A stretch of 64,000 nucleotides of DNA from Microbacterium sp. (GTDB lineage Bacteria; Actinomycetota; Actinomycetes; Actinomycetales; Microbacteriaceae): contig NZ_JAPSHY010000008.1 of the NCBI RefSeq assembly GCF_031179285.1, positions 69,959 through 133,958 on the forward strand. Direction: 5' to 3'. Positions 13,711-22,748 of the stretch are shown here, piece after piece. A program made the position numbers and the translations under genes. Below the pieces are notes generated by a model. It had not been told where the DNA came from and did no database searches. It saw only the letters and a program-made list of their open reading frames with translations. Every line of letters begins with the position of its first letter. Within the stretch, counting starts at the first letter, position 1.

Positions 13711-14768
13711 ATCAGGTCCCACGACAGCGGTGTGCCACGCTTGACGTCTCGGACGAATCGCCTCCCGACGATCTCATTGAAACAGTCGGGGGGCAGTCCG
13801 CCAGCGGGGCGGATCGAGCGCACATTCTCCGGAGCGACCGGTTCCCCCGCCCTCACGTCGGCGACCACGAACAGCGAGCGCCGCAGTGCGACGACAGCTC
13901 TTTCATCCGGTGTTGGCCCGAACGAGACGCCGCTCGATGCGGCGACGCGAGCTTGCTCGGACGCGGTGACGAGGGCAGAGAACTCTGAGGGGGTGAGGGA
14001 GAACTCCGAATCCACGCCGCCGTCCGCGCGGTCCAGTGTGACATGTTTTTCTACGACCACCGCACCGAAACCGGCGGCTGCAACGGCCACGCCGATTCCC
14101 GTCGTGTGATCCGACAGCCCCACCGGCACATCGAACGCCTCTCGCAGTGCTCGGATGTTCCCCAGGCGGGCCTCTTCCGGCACAGCGGGGTACGCGGCTG
14201 TGCATGCCAGGAGCACCAGTTGAGAGCACCCTGCGTCGCGCATCGCTGTGACCGCCGAGTCGATCTCGGACAGCGTGGCCATCCCTGTCGAGACGATCAC
14301 GGGCTTCCCTGTACGGGCGACCTCTCGAAGCAGCGGCAAGTCGACGATCTCGGCCGAAGCCGTCTTGTACAACTCCACGCCGAGGTCCTCGAGAAACGCG
14401 ACGGAACTGGGGTCGAACGGCGTTGAGAAGGGGAGAAGGCCGTGCTTACGCGTGCGTGCGAAGATCTCCGCGTGCCACTCCCATGGGGTGTGGGCTTCCC
14501 GGTACAGGGAGTAGAGATTTCGACCGCCCCAAAGATCATGGTCGCCTCTCACGCGGAACGCGGGCAGGTCCGAATCGATGGTCAGGGTGTCGGCGGTATA
14601 CGTCTGAATCTTCAGCGCCTTCGCACCCGTGGTCGCAACGGCGTCCACGATGCTCAGCGCCCGCGACAACTCTCCGTTGTGGTTGCCGGACATCTCGGCA
14701 ATGGTGAATATCGGCTGTCCGCGACCGATTGAAGAGTTCGAGAGCGCAATGGTCTGGGAGGCATCCAC
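13707..14768 (-). CDS. pseI: Pseudaminic acid synthase
   Basis: IAEMSGNHNG, KIQTYTADTLT, STPFD, KTASAE, STGMA, GLSDHT, EKHVTL, C-terminal SAF domain RRSLF...RSIRPAGGL; GTG 14768 follows TAGAGT by 7 nt. Confidence 0.93.
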   Translation of the reverse strand: MDASQTIALSNSSIGRGQPIFTIAEMSGNHNGELSRALSIVDAVATTGAKALKIQTYTADTLTIDSDLPAFRVRGDHDLWGGRNLYSLYREAHTPWEWHAEIFARTRKHGLLPFSTPFDPSSVAFLEDLGVELYKTASAEIVDLPLLREVARTGKPVIVSTGMATLSEIDSAVTAMRDAGCSQLVLLACTAAYPAVPEEARLGNIRALREAFDVPVGLSDHTTGIGVAVAAAGFGAVVVEKHVTLDRADGGVDSEFSLTPSEFSALVTASEQARVAASSGVSFGPTPDERAVVALRRSLFVVADVRAGEPVAPENVRSIRPAGGLPPDCFNEIVGRRFVRDVKRGTPLSWDLI

Positions 14769-14861
14769 GCTTCTCACTCTAGAGGCGAGAGGAGTCCGGC
14801 GTTCACACCCCTTGACGCCAACGTCGTGGGACCGTGCTGTTGTTGCCCTAAGCTTGGTGCC

Positions 14862-15557
14862 ATGGGGCGCGTAACGGAGCTCGCCGTCGACGATGTATCG
14901 ACAGCGGACGCGAATTTTTATGACCGGTTGAAACCATTGGCTGCGAGTTACGCGCGTACCCAAGTGGTGCGTCGTGTCGCGGTGGTGGGAAACCAGCCGT
15001 TGCAGTCGTCCGAGCACAGGGCAGCGCAGATCGACGGGGCGGACCTGGTCTTTCGCGTCAACGGATTCCGAGTGGATGAGCCCGACGCGCCGCCGGTGGT
15101 CGGCCGCCATACCGATATCGTCGTGTTCAACCGAGGGGTGAGACCGACGCCCTGGTTCTTCCACGACTATGCTGAGCGGCTTTACCTGATGATCGAGCCG
15201 GGTCGACTGCTCTGGGAGAACCCGAAGATCCCGGCGTTCTGGCCGGCGGACCTCGGTATCGTCACCGTCCCGAACCGAGAGGTGATATTGCCGCTGGGAC
15301 GTGCACTCGGCGCGGATCCCCGAGATGGCGGGCACTGGGCCACGACGGGTACTGTGATGCTCTGGATAGCGGCCCACCTTTTTCCCGAAGCCACGGTGGA
15401 TGCATACGGCTTGTCGTTCGTGGATGAACCGAGTCAGAAATCCTGGGACCATGCCTACGGCGACTCTTCACCGGTCGGCGAGGAGCACCTCATCGAGTTG
15501 GAGTCGCGACTCGTGCGGGGCTGGATTGATGCCGGCCGGGTCTACTACCACCGTTGA
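14862..15557 (+). CDS. GT29/GT42-like sialyltransferase-fold protein; candidate pseudaminyltransferase
   Basis: Motif L RVAVVGN...IDGADLVFRVN...VGRHTDIVVFN; motif S ATTGTVMLWIAAHLFPEATVDAYGLSF; motif III-like DHAYGD; motif VS HLIELE (H-x4-E); TAAGCT -10 lies 7 nt before the ATG. Confidence 0.75.
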   Translation: MGRVTELAVDDVSTADANFYDRLKPLAASYARTQVVRRVAVVGNQPLQSSEHRAAQIDGADLVFRVNGFRVDEPDAPPVVGRHTDIVVFNRGVRPTPWFFHDYAERLYLMIEPGRLLWENPKIPAFWPADLGIVTVPNREVILPLGRALGADPRDGGHWATTGTVMLWIAAHLFPEATVDAYGLSFVDEPSQKSWDHAYGDSSPVGEEHLIELESRLVRGWIDAGRVYYHR

Positions 15558-15587
15558 GAAACTGAACCATCGACCGATGAGGATTGC

Positions 15588-15956
15588 ATGCTGAAACGAC
15601 TGCGCCGTCGTATGGACGAAGCCGTGGAGCGCCGCGTGGACGCGCGAGTCGCCGTGAAACTCGAGCAGGTGCTCGCTGAGCTGGAGAAATCGCAACGCGA
15701 TTACGAAGCGCGCCTCGGTGGAACGCAGGCGGACTTCTCCTTCATCCGCTCAGAGTTCGATCGCATCGCCCCACAGCTTGCGGCTCTTGAGCAGAGATTT
15801 GAGGCGCTGCGTGCTCAGATCGACCTCACGGATGTGGACCCCGCGCACGCACTGGTCCTGGCCAGGGCGGAACACGAACGCGCCCGCCTGAGATTGGAGA
15901 TCGCCTCTCACTATGAGGAGCGTCTGCGGCGACTGGAAGACGAGCCGCGCGTCTGA
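15588..15956 (+). CDS. Small coiled-coil hypothetical protein
   Basis: 122 aa, rich in L/E/R/A with heptad-like periodicity; 30 bp downstream of the GT29-like gene on the same strand. Confidence 0.75.
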   Translation: MLKRLRRRMDEAVERRVDARVAVKLEQVLAELEKSQRDYEARLGGTQADFSFIRSEFDRIAPQLAALEQRFEALRAQIDLTDVDPAHALVLARAEHERARLRLEIASHYEERLRRLEDEPRV

Positions 15957-16006
15957 GCGTCACGTCGCAGCACTGAGCCCACGAGGCGAGGCGGAAGCGA
16001 GGTTGA

Positions 16007-16597
16007 TCAGAGACCGACCAGGTTTCGCAGCGCGTTCGCCCTGGTCCGTGAGTCGCCGACGGACAGAGAGTCGCCAGCGCTCGCCGCTTCTCGAAGGTCT
16101 TCGAGGCTCGCGGCATAGGCCGCGACTCCGTCCTGCCACTCCGTCTCGATGGCGGACGGCGGTTGAGTGCCTCCCAGGCGCTGAGCGTCGCCCTGGAGGG
16201 TGTCGATGATCGTCAGGGCCTCCGAGTCGTCGCTGTCCGCCACGAAGTCCAAGCCGGCCAAGGCGTCGTCGAGCCAGGGCTGCACCTGGCCGCGGAAGAA
16301 CGCCAGATCCGGATCGGCAGGTGGTGGGGGAGTGTCAACGGGGTTCGGCTCCGGTGCGGTAGTCGTTCCAGGTGTCGGTGTCGGTGTCGGCGTCGGGATC
16401 TGGGTGGCCGACGACGATGCCGTGGGCGTCGGCGTTCCCACCGGCTGCCCATCGTCGCGCGGGATCAGGAAGAAGAGCAGGAGCGCGACGATGATCACGG
16501 CCGCGACCGAGAGCCCCACGATCAGCCACACCCGCCCGCGGTTCCGCGGTTTCGGCGGGATCGGCGCCCACCGAACGTCCGGCTGCTGTTCGCTCAT
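16007..16597 (-). CDS. Single-pass membrane protein with a Pro/Thr linker and a helical extracellular domain
   Basis: MSEQQPDVRWAPIPP, hydrophobic VWLIVGLSVAAVIIVALLLFFLI, PTPTPTP repeats; GGAGG RBS. Confidence 0.8.
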   Translation of the reverse strand: MSEQQPDVRWAPIPPKPRNRGRVWLIVGLSVAAVIIVALLLFFLIPRDDGQPVGTPTPTASSSATQIPTPTPTPTPGTTTAPEPNPVDTPPPPADPDLAFFRGQVQPWLDDALAGLDFVADSDDSEALTIIDTLQGDAQRLGGTQPPSAIETEWQDGVAAYAASLEDLREAASAGDSLSVGDSRTRANALRNLVGL

Positions 16598-16599
16598 CG

Positions 16600-17556
16600 T
16601 CATGCCTCCAGGGGTGCCATCGGCTGCCAGGTGCGGTCGCGCCCCAGCTTGCCGCCCTCGCGGAGTCCGCGGAAGAGGTTGCTGGTTCCGCGCACCGTCC
16701 TCTCGACGAACACGAGCCGGATGAGTTCCTTCGCGAACGTCATCGCCGTTCCGAGGCCGAACAGCACGGGGTTGTAGACGCCGTGCGCGCGGTAATACTG
16801 CTTGATGTACGCGCGATTGCGCATGATGTAGAAGCGGTAGGCGTTGCTTGACGCATTCATGTGGCGGATGCCCATGTCCCACTGCTTGATCTCACGGGTG
16901 CGCCGCAGGACGAACTCGTCGACGATGACCGCGGTGGTCTTGCGCGACGCCAGCCAGCCATACGTCTGATCGTCCCAGTAGATGAAGAATCGGGGATCAG
17001 GAAGGCCGATCTGCTGCACGATCGAACGGTGGATGAACATGCCCTCGAAGCATCCGCTGTTCATCTCCTTGTAGCCGGACTCGTCAAAGCTCGAGGGCGC
17101 GAACGGAATCGGGATGCCCATGCGCTCGGCGATGCGGTACTGCCAGTAGAACTCGCTGCCGTCGTAGTCGTAGCGGCGGCCCTGAATGCTCTTGAATCGG
17201 GGCGCCCACTTGCCCATCTTGGCTAGTCCGTCCGCAACGACCTCGACGTCGTCGTCCATCATCCAGATCCACTCGGACCCGAGCTCGTACGCGGTTCGCA
17301 TGCCCTCGCTGAATCCGCCGGATCCGCCGGTGTTCGTCTTCAGCCGGCGATAGACGATCTCGGTGCCGATCCGTTCGCGGAAGGACTCCACGACGTCGGT
17401 CGTGTCATCCGACGAGGCGTTGTCGATGATCACCACATGACCCGGCTTCGGGGCCATCGCGGTGATGCTCTCGAGGAGTCCGGTGAGAAGGTGCGATCGG
17501 TTGTAGGTGACGATCACGATCGTCGCGGATGCCGGGTCGAAGGGGACGTGTGTCAC
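16600..17556 (-). CDS. GT2 glycosyltransferase, GlfT1-like (galactofuranosyltransferase)
   Basis: VIVTYNRS, IIDNASSD, NTGGSGGF, WIWMMDDD, FEGMFI, GLPDPRFFIYWDD, YIMRN. Confidence 0.85.
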   Translation of the reverse strand: MTHVPFDPASATIVIVTYNRSHLLTGLLESITAMAPKPGHVVIIDNASSDDTTDVVESFRERIGTEIVYRRLKTNTGGSGGFSEGMRTAYELGSEWIWMMDDDVEVVADGLAKMGKWAPRFKSIQGRRYDYDGSEFYWQYRIAERMGIPIPFAPSSFDESGYKEMNSGCFEGMFIHRSIVQQIGLPDPRFFIYWDDQTYGWLASRKTTAVIVDEFVLRRTREIKQWDMGIRHMNASSNAYRFYIMRNRAYIKQYYRAHGVYNPVLFGLGTAMTFAKELIRLVFVERTVRGTSNLFRGLREGGKLGRDRTWQPMAPLEA

Positions 17557-17689
17557 GAGGTGGGATCTCCGGAAGGCTGTGGGCTCGCGGGGCGCCGCGA
17601 GCAGGCACAAGCCTACCTGGCGGAGTTCCGGATCCCCCGAGGGCCAGCCGCGAAAGGGGAGACGTACGCCGCGCGATAGCATGACCGCC

Positions 17690-18679
17690 ATGAAGATTCT
17701 GATCACGGGCGGTGCCGGGTACATCGGATCGACGATCGCGACGGCATGTCTCGACGTCGGAATCGAGCCGATCCTGCTGGACGATCTCTCCACGGGCCTG
17801 CGTGCCTTCGGGAACGGACGATCGTTGTACGTGGGCGACATCGCCGACCAGCAGATCCTCGACCGCCTCTTCGCGGACCACCCCGACATCGACGCCGTCA
17901 TCCACTGCGCTGCGCGCATCGTCGTGCCCGAGTCCGTGGCCGACCCGCTCGGGTACTACGACGCGAACGTCGCCAAGACGATCACGTTCCTCCGGCGCAT
18001 GCGCGAGGCAGGAGTCGGGCGCGTCGTCTTCAGCTCTTCCGCCGCCGTCTACCAGGGCGAGTCGGGCGACGGCGTCGACGAGAGCGGTGCTCTCGCCCCC
18101 TCGAGCCCCTACGCGACCACGAAGGCGATGGTCGAGCAGATCCTCGCCGATGCCGCGGCCGCGGGCGACTTCCGCGCCATCGCGCTGCGTTACTTCAATC
18201 CCATCGGCGCCGACCCGCAGATGCGCACCGGTCTGCAGAATCCGATGCCCTCTCATGTACTCGGCAAGATCATGCAGGCGAGGGCGGCCGGCACTGCGTT
18301 CACGATCACGGGGAGCGACTGGCCGACCCGGGACGGCTCCGGCATCCGCGACTACGTCCACGTCTGGGATCTCGCCCTCGCGCACGTCGCGGCCGTCACG
18401 CGCTTCGACGAGGTCGCGACCACCGACGCGCCGTACCAGGTGATCAACCTCGGAACGGGCGATGGCGTCACCGTCCGCGAGCTCGTGGGCGCCTTCGAGC
18501 ACGTGACCGGCGAGCCGCTCGATGTCGTCGAGACCGAACGCCGTCCCGGTGACCAGGCCGGCGCCTACGCCATCGTCAAGCGTGCCGCCGATGTGCTCGG
18601 GTGGCGGGCGGAACGCTCGCTCGACGACGGGGTACGCGACGCGCTGGCGTGGGCGGAGAAGCTTCGCACCTTGCGCTGA
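17690..18679 (+). CDS. galE: UDP-glucose 4-epimerase
   Basis: MKILITGGAGYIGS, ESVADPLGYY, FSSSAAVY, YATTK, LRYFNPIGA, GIRDYVHVWDLA. Confidence 0.93.
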   Translation: MKILITGGAGYIGSTIATACLDVGIEPILLDDLSTGLRAFGNGRSLYVGDIADQQILDRLFADHPDIDAVIHCAARIVVPESVADPLGYYDANVAKTITFLRRMREAGVGRVVFSSSAAVYQGESGDGVDESGALAPSSPYATTKAMVEQILADAAAAGDFRAIALRYFNPIGADPQMRTGLQNPMPSHVLGKIMQARAAGTAFTITGSDWPTRDGSGIRDYVHVWDLALAHVAAVTRFDEVATTDAPYQVINLGTGDGVTVRELVGAFEHVTGEPLDVVETERRPGDQAGAYAIVKRAADVLGWRAERSLDDGVRDALAWAEKLRTLR

Positions 18680-18698
18680 GACGCGACGCTCGCCCGAG

Positions 18699-20000
18699 CT
18701 ACAGCTGCGGTCGGAGTGTCGGGATGACGCCGGTGTTGGCCGCGTCGATGCTCTCCCGCCACGAGCGGGACTGCCCCGCGCGAAGCGCGCACAGGACGAG
18801 CATGAACCAGCCGGCGCCCGCGAGCGTGAAGCTCTCGAACATCGACTCGACGGCGAGGGTCACCAGCACCAGCGGCGTCCAGGCGTAGACAACGGAGCGG
18901 CGCACGCTCGCGACCAGCCACGATCGGATGAGTGCGACGCCGCCCAGCAGGAGGAACAGCACGAGACCCGCGGCCCCCAGCTGCAGCAGGGTGTCGAAGT
19001 ACGCGTTCAGCGCCGACTGGTGGCGGTCGTCGAGGCGGAAGTTGATGTAGGTGAAGGGATACTCGCCCCGGGCCCACGGTCCGAACCATCCCCAGCCCTG
19101 CACCGGGTTGATGGCCGTGAAATCGAGGATGGTGTTCCACAGCGTCGCTCGGACCGAGAAGTCGGACCCGGCATCGAGCAACGCGATGATCTGATGGCGG
19201 AACGCGAAGGCGACCGCGAGTGACAGGGTCACGAGCGCACCGAGCGTCCACTGCACGAGGTTCCGGCGGTCTGCGGAGGTGTGACGAACGATCATGAGGG
19301 CGCCCGTCGCGATTCCCACGGCGAATGCCAGCACCAGCACCGTGGGGGAGGCCGACAGCAGCGCCAGCATTCCCGCGAGGGCGATCGAGGGCACCGAGAT
19401 CGGCGCACTCACCGACTGCGTCCGCCACTCGATGACGAACGTGATGAGGGCGATCACCGCCACGAAACCGAGCATGTTGCGGGTGCCGAAGATGCCCTGC
19501 ACCGGCCCGCCCATCGCTAGCTGCCCCTGGATGCCGAGGAATGTGAACGGCAGGTCGAGGATGATCCCCGACATGATCTCGAGTCCAAGCGAGATGCCCA
19601 GCAGAGCGCGCAGACTGTCGCCGATCGCGCGCACGGTCTGGAGGGTGTCGCGGATATGTCCGATGGTGATCGCGAGGAACGCGTACCCGAACAGCGCCAT
19701 CCAGCCGAACAGCGTGTCCGAGTGATCCGTCGTCCAGAAGATGCTCGTGAGCGCCCATGCCATGAACGCCAGGAGCGACGACGGTGCGATCCGCAGGAGC
19801 GAGAGCTCCTCCCGCCGGACGAACAGGACCGCGGCTCCGAGTACGCAGAGCACGGCGATGATCGTCGCCAGGGTGGTCATCGACGTCGCGCGTTCGATGG
19901 CGAACGAGCCGAAGATCGCGGTCAGGACCGTGAGTGTGAACGCCCGCGCCACCTCCACGGAACCCAGCAGGCGCCCGAGGCGCGACCGCGTCGTCGTCAC
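18699..20000 (-). CDS. O-antigen ligase/polymerase (Wzy_C)-like membrane protein, lacking the conserved His
   Basis: About 12 TM helices; GIFGTRNMLG, RATLW, PVQGWGW, SALNAYFDTLLQLG. Confidence 0.75.
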   Translation of the reverse strand: MTTTRSRLGRLLGSVEVARAFTLTVLTAIFGSFAIERATSMTTLATIIAVLCVLGAAVLFVRREELSLLRIAPSSLLAFMAWALTSIFWTTDHSDTLFGWMALFGYAFLAITIGHIRDTLQTVRAIGDSLRALLGISLGLEIMSGIILDLPFTFLGIQGQLAMGGPVQGIFGTRNMLGFVAVIALITFVIEWRTQSVSAPISVPSIALAGMLALLSASPTVLVLAFAVGIATGALMIVRHTSADRRNLVQWTLGALVTLSLAVAFAFRHQIIALLDAGSDFSVRATLWNTILDFTAINPVQGWGWFGPWARGEYPFTYINFRLDDRHQSALNAYFDTLLQLGAAGLVLFLLLGGVALIRSWLVASVRRSVVYAWTPLVLVTLAVESMFESFTLAGAGWFMLVLCALRAGQSRSWRESIDAANTGVIPTLRPQL

Positions 20001-21418
20001 GGCACCCGCCGGCGTCGCTCGCCGTGATCGATGAGGCGCTCACGCTCGCTCATGCCGACGCCCACCAGGGGCACCGACTTGATCTTGAACGAGAACAGCA
20101 CGATCAGCATCCAGCCCCAGAGCATGACGGGCGCCGATTCGGTGAATCCCTGCACGAGAAGCAGCGTGCCGACCAGGATCGGGAGGATCGTGACCGGCGA
20201 ATACGGTCGCTTCTCGTCGAGATCCCACCGCGGGCGATCGACGGCGAAGAACCAGGCACGCCAGAGGAACGTCAGCAGCACGACGCCGATGAGGATCACG
20301 CCGATGACGCCGAGCTGCAGGTACACGTCGACCCACATGTTGTGCGCTTGCAGCACGCTCATGCCGTGGTCGATGATCCAGCCGTCGAACGCCGGATCCC
20401 AGGGCAACCAGGGACTCGCATGCCCCCAGCCGATCACCGGACGCGCGTTCGCGCGTTCCAGGACGTCGCCCCAGATGCGTTCGCGACCGGTCAGATCGGC
20501 CGAGCGTCCGAGCGCCTGCAGGAGCGGTCCGCGCAGCAGCCATCCGGCGACGATGCCGACGAGTCCGACGCTCGCGAAGGCGATATAGGTGTTACGCCGG
20601 GCGGCGCCGGTCGGAGCTCGGCGGATGAGCAGCACGGTCGCGGCCACCAGCGCGACCGCGAGCGCACACACCACGGCCGTCGCAGAGCCGGCGCGGAAGA
20701 ACAGGAACGCGGTGACCACCATCCAACCGATCAGCCACGCCTGACGACGAGAACTCGCCCAAATCTGCACGGCGAACACGATGAGGGCGAGCAGGCAGAG
20801 GGCCGCGAGCAGATTGGCATTGCCGACGATCCCCTGCAGACGTCCTCCGTCGAAGAGGTTGTCGCGCGACCAGTACCACTGCTGATCGAATCTGCCGTCG
20901 GGCGGAGTCACGAAGTTCGGCAGAACGGGTCCGTGCACCACCAGTGACACCCACAGCTCGAACGCGAGCGAGAGGCCCAGCACCCATTTCAGGGCGGACG
21001 CGAGTGAGCGAAGCAACTCGCGCCAGGTCAGCCAGACCGCGAGGAACACCGCCTGCACCGTGATCGCAAGGAGCAAAACGCTGGTGACGAGCGTCGTCGC
21101 GCGCCACTCGGACCAGGCGACCGACAGCACCGCCAGGGCGGTATAGCCGAGCGCCGTCCAGGGGAGTCGGCGCCACGGAAACGGCGTCTCGCGCCGGAGG
21201 CGGATCATCCGGGGGACGCCGATGGCGATGGTGCCCGCGAGGATGATCGCGCCGACTGCGCCTGCGCCGACGGGGCCCAGTGCGTGCTGCAGCGCGGCGG
21301 GTGCGAGGGCGACGATGAGCGCGAGCACCGCGTACCCGCGCAGCATCAGGTGCCCCGTCGATTCCCGCTCGGGCGGGGCTGGCGGGGCTGCCACCGGATG
21401 ATTCGTGTACTGCGCCAT
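19997..21418 (-). CDS. O-antigen ligase family protein
   Basis: GIVGNANLL, LTGRERIW, PVIGWGH, AHNMWVDVYLQLG. Confidence 0.85.
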   Translation of the reverse strand: MAQYTNHPVAAPPAPPERESTGHLMLRGYAVLALIVALAPAALQHALGPVGAGAVGAIILAGTIAIGVPRMIRLRRETPFPWRRLPWTALGYTALAVLSVAWSEWRATTLVTSVLLLAITVQAVFLAVWLTWRELLRSLASALKWVLGLSLAFELWVSLVVHGPVLPNFVTPPDGRFDQQWYWSRDNLFDGGRLQGIVGNANLLAALCLLALIVFAVQIWASSRRQAWLIGWMVVTAFLFFRAGSATAVVCALAVALVAATVLLIRRAPTGAARRNTYIAFASVGLVGIVAGWLLRGPLLQALGRSADLTGRERIWGDVLERANARPVIGWGHASPWLPWDPAFDGWIIDHGMSVLQAHNMWVDVYLQLGVIGVILIGVVLLTFLWRAWFFAVDRPRWDLDEKRPYSPVTILPILVGTLLLVQGFTESAPVMLWGWMLIVLFSFKIKSVPLVGVGMSERERLIDHGERRRRVP

Positions 21419-21472
21419 CGCGTTCAGGCTACCGCCCCGTGCCGCGCCCTCGGTGGCTCTACGCTGGATGCC

Positions 21473-22603
21473 ATGCTGCTGAACCTCACCAATGCGCCTC
21501 GCGACTACGCCTGGGGATCGACGTCCCTTCTCGCAGAACTCGAGGGACGTGAGCCGACGGGGGCGCCGGAGGCGGAGGTCTGGTTCGGCGATCACCCGGG
21601 AGACCCGGCCGACGTGGCGGGCGGCGGCACTCTGGATGCCGTCACCGGTGGTGAGCTGCCGTATCTGCTCAAGCTCCTCGCCGCGGCGGACCCGCTGTCG
21701 ATCCAGGTGCACCCCACGATCGAGCAGGCGAAGAGCGGCTGGGAGCGCGAGGCGGGCCTCGCCCTAGACGACCCGCACCGCAACTACCGTGACGACAACC
21801 ACAAACCGGAACTCATCGTCGCGCTGAGCGACCGCTTCGAGGCTCTCAGCGGCCTGCGCCCGGTCGCCCACACCCGGCGGATGCTGGACGTCCTCGATGA
21901 TCGCGGCGGTGTCGTCGAACTGCGCGCTCGCCTGGACGAGGCGGGCGACGCGCTGCGCGAGACCATCGGCTGGCTGCTCTCCGGCAGGGCGCAGGCGGCG
22001 GTCGACGATGTCATCGCCGCGGTGGCGGCCGCGGCAGCCCGATCGGGCGAGACGGAGTTCGGGGCGACCCTGCAGACGGTGTCGCGCATCGCGGAGCGCA
22101 ACCCGGGCGACCCGGGGGTCGTCGTCGCGCTGCTGATGAACCATGTCGTGCTTCGCCGCGGCGAGGGCATCTTCCTGCGCGCGGGTCTACTTCACGCCTA
22201 CCTCGAGGGGCTCGGAGTCGAGATCATGGCGGCGAGCGACAACGTGCTACGCGGTGGCCTGACCCCGAAGCACATCGATGTCGCAGAGCTGCTGTCGGTC
22301 CTCGACACGACGCCGGGGGAGGTGCCGGTGCTCCGCCCCGAAGCCGAGGGCGCGGTCACGGCCTATCCCGTTCCGATCCCGGACTTCGCGCTGCGTCGCG
22401 TGTCGCTCGGGGGGACCCCCGTCGATGTCGACGTCGAAGGCCCGACGATGGTTCTCAGCACGCAGGGGGACGTCGCCGTCGCGGGAGCGGATGGCCACGA
22501 ACACCACGTCGCCGTGGGGGCGGTCGTGTTCGCGACGGCGGACGAGCGGATGCTGCGACTCACCGGTTCCGGCGAGGCTTTCATCGCCACGCCGGGGCGT
22601 TGA
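21473..22603 (+). CDS. manA: Mannose-6-phosphate isomerase, class I
   Basis: RDYAWGS, EVWFGDHP, YLLKLLAA..PLSIQVHP, YRDDNHKPE, HAYLEG, EIMAASDNVLRGGLTPKH. Confidence 0.96.
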   Translation: MLLNLTNAPRDYAWGSTSLLAELEGREPTGAPEAEVWFGDHPGDPADVAGGGTLDAVTGGELPYLLKLLAAADPLSIQVHPTIEQAKSGWEREAGLALDDPHRNYRDDNHKPELIVALSDRFEALSGLRPVAHTRRMLDVLDDRGGVVELRARLDEAGDALRETIGWLLSGRAQAAVDDVIAAVAAAAARSGETEFGATLQTVSRIAERNPGDPGVVVALLMNHVVLRRGEGIFLRAGLLHAYLEGLGVEIMAASDNVLRGGLTPKHIDVAELLSVLDTTPGEVPVLRPEAEGAVTAYPVPIPDFALRRVSLGGTPVDVDVEGPTMVLSTQGDVAVAGADGHEHHVAVGAVVFATADERMLRLTGSGEAFIATPGR

Positions 22604-22669
22604 CGCCGCGACACGCCGAGGAATGGTCAAGAACCTTCAAGACCGGATTGAGGGTTTACGATCCGCGAC

Positions 22670-22698
22670 TTGACCGGAGCGAATGACACGGGTGTAAT
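22670..22698 (+). promoter_or_regulatory. Putative sigmaA promoter of whiB2 with a GACAC motif in the spacer
   Basis: TTGACC(22670-75)-N17-TGTAAT(22693-98); GACAC at 22685-89. Confidence 0.55.
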
Positions 22699-22748
22699 TA
22701 GGTATTGCACGGCCCGCCGGGGGGCGGAGACAGGGTTGGGAGATCGAG

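Noticed and set aside
14769-15452. 581-aa extended PseI in the ORF track
   Set aside because: Homology starts near 14768, and the extension is antisense to the GT29-like gene.
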